64,000 nt of DNA from a virus, in IMG/VR virus record IMGVR_UViG_3300005264_000830, positions 1-64,000 of that record; one strand, given 5' to 3'. The position numbers and the translations under genes were made by a program. Shown here piece by piece: positions 18,924 to 30,900 of the stretch (position 1 is the first letter of the stretch; every line of letters starts with the position of its first letter). The notes below the pieces were generated by a model that had not been told where the DNA came from, did not search any database, and saw nothing but the letters and a program-made list of their open reading frames with translations.

Positions 18924-21900
18924 TGAGTGATTTTTCATCTGAAAATACCAAATTAATAAAAGCAATGGCTCCTTTGGTAGGAACTGGTGTAGGTGTGGCT
19001 TTAGTGGCACCGTCTGCTATTAAAGGGCTTAAGTCACTAGTCACTACGGCAAAAGATTACAGAGATGAGAAATATAAAATAATATCAGCTGATGAAGCTC
19101 ATATACAAGCAATACGAAGTGTGGAATTAGAGTATGATGGTTACGAAAAGAAATTAAAGAAAATAAATAGAATAAGTGATTCTTCAGAATTACAGACTAA
19201 AATGGTTGATTTAGATACGTATAAAAGTCCTATATTAGAATTGATACGTATGCAGAAACAATTACAAGGGTTTAACAATAATTTAATAGACATTAATCCA
19301 AATGTTATAACAGGATATGATACATTTGGAAATGCTATTATTGGAACATCTAGTAGTCTTAAACAGTATTTAGCTATATTAGAACAAACAAAGGTTAAAG
19401 AATTAGCTTTAGAAAAAGTAGATGTTGCTAAAAGATTTATTTCTGATTTAACTAAAACTGGAGGTTCTGAGAAAGTAAAAGAAGAACTTAAATCTTTAGC
19501 GTCTGAGTTCCCTGTTATTGGCAAACTTATTTCTTCTAATATAGTAATAGGCACTAGACAGGCTATAGGCACTGTACAAAAAGAATTAAATAAATTAATT
19601 ACTTCTAGAAATGAAAACCCAATATCAACAGCTTTTGATAGTGATATTAAAAAATTAGAAGATAGCTTATCTAAGCTTAGAGATAATTTTAAAAGTTCTG
19701 TTTCTGATTTAAAAAAGACTCTTTCTGACATTGACTTACAAGGTTTATCAGCCGAAGATATAATAGATGTGTTTAGTTCTCCAGATTTAAAGAAAGGTTA
19801 TGAATTATTACTTGAGTACGATGTAAAATTTAATACCCCATTTACTAAAGGAAAAGCTGATATTGGCGATTTAATAGGTAAACAGGTTCTTGGTGGAATT
19901 AATCCTAGAATAACCCCTGTGTTAGAGGCTATACCGGAATTAACTTTAGAACGTACTAAAGAAGCAGGTATACAGCCACTAGAAGGAAAGAAAGAAGTTT
20001 CTCTACGGTCGGGAGATATAGCAATTTTAAATGATGAATTCTCAAAAGATTATAATGTAGCAGGAAGACAAGCTCTAATAGATGTAAAAGATACAGATAA
20101 CATAATATTAGAATATTTTGATAAAAGACAGAATGAATTAAAAAGAAAAACCTTTGATATAACGGATATAAGTCCTTTTGTCCAAGCAATTCTACCTACT
20201 AAACAGATTATGGATGCTACAGAGGACAAATTACAGCAATTAAATGCTTTTGTGGTAGGAGCTTCAGCAGGTATATCTTCTATGGATAATAGATTATTAC
20301 TAGAACGTAACTTAGATTTAGGTGGTAGATTTTTTAGTGATATTAGTACGGGCACTCTAGTTCAATCAGACAAAGGGTATAATCCTATAACGGAAACGTT
20401 TGGAACACAGTCAGAAAAACAAGGGTATGCTGCAGATTTCAAAAAATATTTTTCGGATCCTATGAATGATTATAGTAAACAAATGAATCAATTAAAGAGT
20501 TTAACATATGAAGGTATTGATACTAGTGAGGTACAATTAGTAGGTGCCCTCAGAGAAGAATTATCTAATATGCAAAGTATACTTAAGAATAATCAAATAG
20601 TATTTCAATATAGAGCGGTACATGAAGATCTTAATAAAACATTGGAAGAAGGTACTAGAGTATTAGAGCAAAATATTAATTTAGAAAAACAAAGGCAAAA
20701 AGTAGATACACATAGTACAGGGTTTTTATCTGGAGTAGCAAAAGAGTTAGATAATTTGGATTTAGGTAATTATGATTTTAGTTCTTTAAATACGCAACAA
20801 AAGCTATTATCAGAATCAGATAGTTACAGACAAACCGCTGGTACAGTAAAAGTACGTGAAATTGCTTTAGAAGGTGTTAAACAACAATTGAACGAAATAG
20901 AAAAAGCAAAATTAGCTATAACATCTATAGATAAACTTAATACTGGTTTTGGAAATAAAATTACCCCAGATCAATTTGAACAGTTTGTAAAGATTACAGA
21001 TACTGGCGGATCCCCTATAGATGCTAAAATGCTTCTTCAAAATGAAGCTATATTGAAAGAAGAAAAACTTACAAATTCTAATTTAGAAGAACTTATTAAT
21101 ATTATGGGAAATGAAGATGACATAGCAGGTAAATTAAGTGCAAGTTTAGAACGCAATGTTAGTTCAAAAACTTCTGTATTACCAATTGCAGCAATAAAAG
21201 ATTTAAGTTCTTTAGGTAATATACGAGAGAAAGCCATCAAAGGGGAAAATTATGAATTTGCTGCAAAAATAGATCAAGTAATGAATACTTTTTCAGCAAA
21301 ACTAATAGGAACAGTAGGAACAGATAAAGTATTTAAAGCGATATCTGCTAATAAAGCATTAAATTTAGTAAACCCGTTTTCTAAACAGATCTCAAAAGAA
21401 GAGTTTATAGGAAGGTCTATTAGGGGCGCTAATTTGTCTCCTGAAAAATTTATTGCCGATCTAGATAAATCTCAGAAAAAGGGGTGGTCGTTATTTAATT
21501 CTTCTATAAAAGATTCTCAAAATTATAAACAGTTTATATCTTTGAGAGAAAACAATTCAAATGAATCGTTTATAAAATCAAAAGATGTAGTTAAGGCTGC
21601 TGCAGCTTTAGCTGTGGCAACACAATTTTCTAAACTTTCCCAGGGTAGTAAATCTTCAGAACTGGCAAAACAGTCACAGAGTTTGGAAGAAAGAATAGAT
21701 TTTGCTACTAAATCAAAAGCAACACCTGCAGTTATATCAGCACTTGAAAAAGAATTAAAAGCTACTAGAATAGCTTATGAAAAATCTGATAAAATGTCAG
21801 CAATATATGGTGTGACTCAGGCAGCAAGTGGTATTGTTGGGGGGTCTACTTTATTAGCTCAAACTTTAGGAGCATCAGAAGGAACGGCTAAAGGAACAGC

Positions 21901-24900
21901 TGCTGTAGCTTTAGGTACTTATGGGTTATTAAAGATGCTTAGTAAATCTGTTGGGCAGGATCTGCCCACTTATGTAAAAGAATTTGGGGATAATGTAAAG
22001 CCTTACATGAAGAAATTTTCTGAAGGAAAGGAAGTAGGTGACTACAAATTTAAGAAGATGACTGAAGATTTTGTTAAAACATATAAAGAAGAATCTAAAA
22101 GAGCAACGGGAACTGAACAGGGGAAAGTTGCAGCACAAACTAAAAAAGAATATGATAGTTTATCATCAAAAGAGCTAAAAGAATTGAATAAAATGTCAAA
22201 AGAATTTTATGAAAAAGCTTCTACAAAGGTGGATGAAAAGTCTTTGACATTATTAAAAACTTTAACTGTAGGTTTAACTGCGGCTTTTGCTGGGTATGCT
22301 GCCAAACAACCAGATACAAGACGTAATACCTTAGTAAATAATGCACAAAGAGAAAGTGAAGCATTCAATAGTTTATTGGCCTCTAACACTAAATATGTAG
22401 ATGATGTATTTAAACGCACAGTAAAACAGCAAGACGATTCAAGCATAATTTCTCAGAAACAAGAGCAGACTACAGAGTCTAAACTAATTAATCCTGATGA
22501 TGAGAAAAAGAAACAATTACAGTTATTAGATAATAAGTCTGAATCTATCAGTAAAGAGTTACAGTCTATTTTAAAAACTCAAGCAAGAGATATAGCTAGT
22601 TTAGATGCTGCGAATTTATTAAGAGAAGCACAATCAAGACTAGAAGATTATGTTTTATCAATTAGAGACAGTTTTGTTGAATTCTCAGTTCAAAAAAGAT
22701 TAGGGGGCCCTTTATCAACAGGAAATAAATTAGAAGGTTATGAAGAAGATGCTGTTTTTCCTTCATTTATTAAAGACATGAGTGCTCAAGCAAGAACATT
22801 CGCAAAGTACAAAGACGAAAAAGTTAGAGGAGGAACTTTTGGTGGTGCAATTAAAGATAGTATAGGTAATGGATTTAATGCTATTATTTCAGGAATAGGA
22901 AATAAGTTTGAACAGTTATTGACTCCTTTTACTAATTTTAATGAATTCATGGCGTCATATAAAGTAGGTGATATGACTTATAGTGATCAAACTGGAGTGT
23001 ATAATAGACTTGGCAAACAACAACAATCATATATTGGACTTGGTTCTGTTATATCTAAGGAAATAATGAAACTAAATACTGTTATAAATACTTCTGGCCA
23101 AAATAAACAAGTTAAAAATGCTGCCGAAGATAGAAAAGATGATTTAGAAGATTTATATCGAAAGCTAATTGAAGAGTCTGATAAGACTAAGGACCATTTA
23201 AATCAGTTAGGTACAGCTTTAAGTAATTTTAATTCTTATACTGAAAGTCTACAAAAATTAAATAACGTTATAAAGGAATTATCAGTAACAAGGGTCGTTA
23301 ACAATCTCAAAGGTATGAAGGAGTATCAAGAAAATATATCTAAAATGGTAGGCGGCTCCCATCCGTCAGCTGCTACAAATATAACATATGAGCAGGAACG
23401 TATGGGTGAAAGAGTAGGCATCGATTTAACTAATAGAAAAAGTACGAAGTATGATGTTGAAGAAGTACAAACATTAAATGCTATACAAAAAGGTGATACT
23501 AGTTTAGAAACTATGATGAAGTATTTAGATATTCGTAAACAGGAAAATAGAGATTCTTCAAATGATACTAAACAGAAGGAAGAAGATATATTTAGAGCAT
23601 CATTACAACCATATGAGGAGTTTATCACGTCTTTACAGCGCCTTAAAGGTATGGAAGGTGTAGGTTCAAAAGAAGGTAAAGATATTACTAGTGTAATGGA
23701 AAGCTTGGCAGATAATATGGCAAGAGCAACAGATATGATTACTGTAAAGCAAGCGAAGATAGAATTAAAAGATTCTTTTGGTTTTTTTGAACGTGGAAAT
23801 AAAACGTATAAAGATGAAATGCAGCGATTAAAAGCTATGGACCCATATGATACTGTGAGAAGAGGTATGCCAGTAAAAGAGATGGAAAAATTTAAAAAAG
23901 GTGGAGAGTATGATGAATTACTTACTAAATCTCTATTAGAGATTCCTTCTTTAGATATGAAAGAAATGACTCTCGCAGTAGCGGATCCTATTACTGAAAA
24001 ATTAGATATTAGTAATAAGTTACTTAGTGCACTAGTTAAAGAATCAGGCGGAATGTCCCGTTTAGATATTAAAGATTTATTTAATCCTGAAAAAAAGGCC
24101 AGCGGTGGTCGTATTTTTGGAGCAGGAGGTCCGAGAGATGATAAAGTTCCTGCATATCTAAGTCCTGGAGAGTTTGTAATTAGACAAAGTGCTGCAGTCG
24201 ACATAGGTTACGCTAATTTAGAGCATATGAATCAAGCCGGTTCTATACCAAAATTTGGAGCAGGCGGAAAATTGACTAAACAGCATATATCCGGGGCAAT
24301 ATCTTATTTTAATGATGAGGATGGTTCTTTACCAGACGTATTTAATCCAGAATCAAAACTGTTTAATAAAGGTATAACGAAACGATATCTTAAATACTAT
24401 AAAGAAACACTACCACAAAAAGTTCAAGAAAGAGACGATATTAAATCTATTAAATCATTAAAAGATCTTTATAATACATTATTAGATGTAAGTGATGGGG
24501 GTATTTATACCCAAAATGATTTATTTTTAGAAGACTACTCCCCTCTGTTTAAAAGACTAAAAGAGGATAATAAGCCAGCCCTAACTAAGTGGGTAGAGAA
24601 AAATCTAAGAGGAACTAAAAGTACTGCTACTAAAGGTACTAGAGGTATTATAGGTATGAATATAGAGGAAGCTTTAAAAGAAAAAGATGGAGGATTAATA
24701 CCTAGATTAGCATCTGGAGGATTTTTAGAATCTATAGCTTCAGGAAAAGGTTTTAGACATGTTTCAGATAAAATGCGCGGGGCTCAAAATTGGTTAGAAA
24801 AGAAGAGATTAGACTCTGTTTATACTGAAAATTTTAGTATAGGGAATTTACTAAAACAAGGAGCTTTTGCCACAGCGGAATTAGGAACTCGTTTAGGTAA

Positions 24901-27900
24901 AATGCCAATGGATATGTTTTCTATGATTGAAGGTACTTCAGATTTAGGAATAAGTGGTCTGAAAGATGTAGGTTCTCAGTTGTATACTGCAGCATCTGGT
25001 AAGATTAAAAATGATGGAGTGGTTGGTACATTAAAAGATATTGGAACTGCTGGAATGGATGCTTTAAAAGACTCTATTTCTAAAGGTGGATTGGGTATTA
25101 CATCAGAGGTTTTAGCTGCTGTTACTGGAATAGGTGTAACTAAACAATTAGCTAAATTAGATAAAGCTTCTATACCAAAATTATTTTTAAACGAGCGTGG
25201 CTCATTAAATTTTCCAGTTCCAAAAATGCTGCAATCAAAAATAGATGGTGTAACAAAATCATCTGGGCATTATTCAAATAAAGATATATTAGATGTGTAT
25301 AGACGTCAAGCAGGTACCCCTAGTGAATTAGTAGATGAAGAGCTTGTTAATATTACAGAGGACAATATAGGTACTTTAATAAATTTAACTAGGCCTAAGA
25401 TAGGATCATCAGTAAAAGAACTTAAAGAGGCAGAATTATTACATAAACAACTAAGAGCTTCTATGGTTAAAGTTAAAACCTATTCAGACTCTGATTTAAT
25501 ATCTATGTTAAGGTCAGAGGCTAAAGAGAAATTATCTAATGAATTATGGCAGAAAAGATTAAATTTAATTACTGATTCACACATAAAAACTAAAAATATA
25601 CAAAAATCTAATATAACTAAAGAGGCTTTAAATTCATTAGAGAATAAAGCCTTTGGAAAATTAAAGAAGATAGAAAAACAACCATTATTAAGTACGAATG
25701 ATTATATTAAACAGGCCGGTTTTCCAGCTGATATGCCAAGCAGTGAGTTAAACGCACTTAAAAATCAAGTCAGACAAGCTAAAAGTTTTGCAAAAGCTAA
25801 TAATGTTCAATTTAATGGTTTACAACGTACTCATAACCCAGACCCAGAAAAAAGCGCAGCTTTTTTCTATACTTTATCTGATAAAGCTGAGTACACTAAA
25901 GGAGTTGATTTAGGACTAACATGGCAAGGGTATGGAGGACAAGATCCAATAAAAGTAATGGAAAAAGCTAAAGTTTTAAATTTACAAAAACTTCAAGATA
26001 TTTCTACTAGTGATATGAAGAAAAAAGTAGAAATGGTAAAACAATCGGAAGTTAAATTGACTCCAGCTCAGGAATTAACAAAGAAATTAGAAGCAAAAGC
26101 TTTTGGTCTTAAAGAAGGGGGTATTGTAAACTGGATTAATAATTTTGGAACCTCAAATGAGATAAGTAAGGGTATTGATACTCTTCAAAATCAAAAAAAT
26201 AAATATGGCAAATTTAATAAAGGTATTACTAAAGATTTAGATACTAAAGATTCTAAATTTAATTGGCAAAAACTTAAAGAGAGATTTTTCGGTGGAGGGA
26301 CTACTGGAGTAGAGTTTCAAGATACTATTGACAAATGGCAAAAAGGCGAATTAAAAAAATCAGATGGCGGTTTAATCCAAAAATTTGAAAATGGAGGTTT
26401 GTTATCAGGCCCAGGGTGGTTAGAATCTTTTAAAAAAGAGTCAGATGAGTTTGAAAAAGTAAGTTACTTAGGTAAAGCTGCTAAAAAACAATCTACTTAT
26501 AAAAGTTTTACCGGAGATAGTTCTGACGCACAAGAGGTTTCAAGCACTGATTATGCTAAATCTATTACGAATAGCCAACTTCCAACTAGTAATGTTGAAG
26601 ATTTACCATTCGAATCAAAGTCACTGGATGAAGCAGTTTCTAGTAGTAATGAGTCATCTAATAAATTAAAATTTTTTGATAGACATAAGAATAATTTTAA
26701 TACTTATAGAGGAATTACCAGTAGTTTAGAAGTTAAAGCAGCACCAACTACGTTTCATGCAGATCAATTAAAATCTACAATTGATATTGCTAAAAAAAGA
26801 AATGATTTTATTCCATATACTAATAGTGAATTAGATAATTTAGTACAATTGGGGAATGTGGATCAATTAAATAAAAGAATAAAAGCTTATGATGGCACAG
26901 ATACTGTAGCTCCTGTAGCTCTTTTTAATTCATTGGCAAAAGCTAGAAGGAAGACTACTAATGTTGATGACCCGTCTTTGACTAATACAGTTGATAAGAC
27001 TATAAAAGATCCATCACAGCCTAATTCTTTTAAGACTATTGAAGATTTCTTGGCAGCAGGATTTTCTGAACAAGAAGCTAACTCTATAATAGTTCCAGAT
27101 TTTAAAAAAGAAGATGGATTATTTGGGTTTAAAGGTACTCATCGTGATTTAATGAAAATAAAATCTGAGTTTAGAGAGGAAAGATTATCAGGTAAGCATG
27201 GTCCTCAAAAAGAAGTAGATTTTTATATGGCTGAACTAGGAACAACATTATTATCTACATTAACAGGCTTAATGGCTATGGCAGAGTCTCCTATAGAGAC
27301 TACAAAAAATTTAAAATCATCTTTGGATAGTATAGCTGGTTTAGCACAGGATAAGATACTGAATGATGGAGTATATCAGACAGGAAAAGATACAGCAAAA
27401 GCAGCAGGAACTATGTTATGGGATGACTTAAAAACAGGTGGAGTAGGTACTTTAGCTACTTTAATAGATCTTTTTGTTGGAAGTAAAGTTAGTACTATTA
27501 GGAAAATCCCAAGTTCTATGGGTACTGCACGCTCTACTGTTCCTAAAATACTTAAGCCTCAAGCAGGAATGTCAAGTAATACTATAAAATATTTTAAAAA
27601 GCCAGTAGATGTCGATACTATGATTACTCCTTCTGAATTAAAAGAATTAGATCGTATGTTAAAACCTCAAGCTGGTGCTTCAACATCTGTAATAAAGGAT
27701 TATTTTAAAAATAAAAAACCATCTATGTTTACTAATATTGGAGATAAATTTTCTAATGTTAAATCTAAAATGAAATCTTATTTACCTTCTTTTTCTAAGA
27801 GTAAGAAGGATTTGTCTTTGAATAATAGAAGAAAAAACCAAATACTCATGGATTTGGAGAATAATCCATCACTTATGTCACGATTACAGGGTAGAGTTAC

Positions 27901-30900
27901 TACAGATAAAAATATATACGATGTGATGGAGCAGTACGCAAGTAATAAAGTAAGATCAGAAGATTTTATGCAAATGGTAGGTTCTGCTGTTAGAAAACCT
28001 AAAGATATTATTAACAAATATTCTCCTATAATGGGTAATAAATTTTCTAATTTTGGTGATATAATAGCGTCTAAATTTTCAAAAACTACACGAGATAAAC
28101 GAAAATTTGAACGAGCAAAGAAAAATGCTAAACGTGGAAAAACTAATATAGATAAGCAGCGAAAATTTGCAAAAGATCAAGCGATATATAATAGAACTAT
28201 TAAACAGCAGCTTCATTCAGAGCCTACTACTTCACGCAATCAATTTTTAGATGGTATTTATAGTTCTTTTGATGATTTGACTTCTGCACCTTCTAGAGTT
28301 ACTAATATTAAGGAAACGCTAGGATTAAAAACAATAAAAGAAAATTTAAATAAATTTAAAAGTTCTAAAATTGATATAAATTCAGCAGATTATTTTGAGC
28401 TACAAAAAATACCTGGGGTTGGGCCAGTTCGTGCAGAAGCTATAATGGATTATAGAGAAAAGATTGGAGCATTTGAAAATATATCAGCTCTAGGAGATGT
28501 TCCTGGAGTTCCTTTAAGTGTTTTTAATAAAAATAAAGATATTATTACATCAGTACAGAGGCCTACTATTGATACTACCCCTATTACAAAACCTATGTAT
28601 TCTGTGTACGATATGTTTGCAAATGTTAAATCAAAAGCTGAGGCGGCAAAACCTTTTGTAGAAGATTTAGTCCCAAATAAGTTATCAAAATCAAGAGTAG
28701 CTGCTGCTGCCACAGGTTCGGAAAAAATAAATAAAAATGAAATAAAAAAAGTATTAAAAAAGATACAAAAGGCAGTAGATAAAGGTAAAATGGAAAAAGC
28801 AAATAAAATACTTAATGCTGCTGAAAAAAAATACGGAGTAGCCTATGAAAAATTCGCACAAGGTGGAACAGTAGGGTTTAAAACACCTCAATACTTTAAT
28901 ACAGGTACGACCGATTTAATAAAAGATCTTGAAAAAGAAAAAGAATTACCACTTTGGGGATATAATACATGGAAAGATGTGTCTACTATTTTTACTGAAG
29001 AGGAACGTAACAAGGCTATTAACAGACAACTATTTGGTGTAGAATTTGGAAAAAAATCAGATGAAGAAGTGAGACTGTTAAAAAATGATCGTTTAGTAGC
29101 TAAAGCAATAACTTCTGGAACGATTAAACAATACTTGGCCTCAGCATCTAGAGTAAGGGATGGAGTAGTAAAACTTCAAGGCAAAGACGGATTTCATGAT
29201 ATAGATATAAATGGCCGTATACTAGCTGGAAAGGTAGGAATAGGAGCATACAGAGCGGATACGCCAGAAGAGCGCAAAAAACTAGAATCATATAAAGTTC
29301 CAAAATCAGAAATATTGGAGCAACAAAAAAATTATTTCGACAAAAAAGAAAAAATAGCTACTTTACGTAATGATTTTTTTAGTTCAAATGATTTTTCTAG
29401 AGAACTTCCTAAAGAACTTAGAGGAACTTCTTCTGCAAAATATTATAATTATTTAAAAAATATACATAATTTAAGGGCTATTAATAAAAAGAAGCACTTA
29501 GATTTAGATGGAAAATTTTTTAAGAAAGATGAACGCGCAGCTTTAGAGAAAGACTCAGAATATATGGATTGGGCAGCTCAATTTACAGGACCTATAATGG
29601 AGAAATTAGCTAAAGGAGAGCGCCCAGAAAGTCTAATAATGAAGATTAAGACCGGTAATAGTTTACGCCCTTATGAAAATTTATCTCTTTCAGAGGCAGT
29701 AAATGCTGCAGGAAGAGTTGCAGGGGCAAAATTACAAGGATTTCAATCGAAAGACTTTGAAGATAAATACGGATTTGATGAAACATCTGCATTTTTTGTA
29801 AGTCCTAGTTTATTAGAAGCTGCTAAAAGTGGAGATGAAGAAGCAGCTAATAGACTAAGATTAATGACCACCGATAAAAAAGAGTATTTAAAATTAATAA
29901 GTAATAAAAAAGAAGATCAAGCTTCGGCTGTTGAATTTTATAAAAAATTCTTTGTAGTTAATAGCGGACAAAAATATTACGGAGAAGGTAGTATTAAAGA
30001 ATTACTTAAACAATTAACTGAAATGAAAGGGTCCGGTATAGCTTCAGTAACACCCCAGAAAGCTGCATGGGGAGGACGTATTTTTGGGGCAGGCGGACCG
30101 ATGGATGATAAAGTGCCTGCTTATGTGAGTCCAGGAGAGTTTGTTGTAAGAGCACCTGCTGCAAAGAAACTAGGTTATGCCACACTTGATTTTATGAATC
30201 AAAGTGGTAATGTGCCTAAATTTAGTACTGGTAGTGAACAAAAAACAGATTTTAGTAACCTTAGTATGAATCCATTAGCTTCAAGTGCTATGAATAAAAC
30301 AACTAATGTAAAAGCCACATTAGAAAATAATATTGTAAAGTTAGAAAATGACGTTGTAAAATTAGACAAAGATACAATAAAAGCAAAACTGGATGGTCCT
30401 ATAGAAGTTAAATTAGAAAATGACACGGTTAAATTAGAAAGTGATACCGTTAAATTAGAAGATAATATTGTTAAATTAGAAAGTAATACTATCACTGCAG
30501 TCATGGACGGTCCAGTAGCTGCTGAACTTAAAGATAACATTGTACAATTAGAGAGTAATATTGTTAGGTTAGAAAATGATTCTATTACAGCTGTTATAGA
30601 TAGTCCAGTGGAAGCAATACTTAGTGATAATGTAGTTAAATTGGATGTATCGGCTTTAGGAAATATAGGAACTGATATTGCGTCTGCAATAACAAGTGCT
30701 TTAAGTAACTTAGATTTAGGAAGTACAGTTGGAGCCGCACAAACTAATTTAGATGATTTTATGAATAAATGGAATGATAGAATACCCACTTTAATTATAG
30801 AAGGTATAGATAAAGAAATTGAAGTTTTAGCTGGTAATACACAACAAGTAGCACCACAATATAATAATGACTTAATTGAAAAAGTTAATTATCTAACTAA

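Noticed and set aside
6008-30789. Long minus-strand ORFs (e.g. 6008-6937, 17339-18229, 23326-24204, 30199-30789)
   Set aside because: Antisense shadows of the giant Lys/Glu-rich ORFs; Leu/Ser/Phe-rich, with no SD or motifs.
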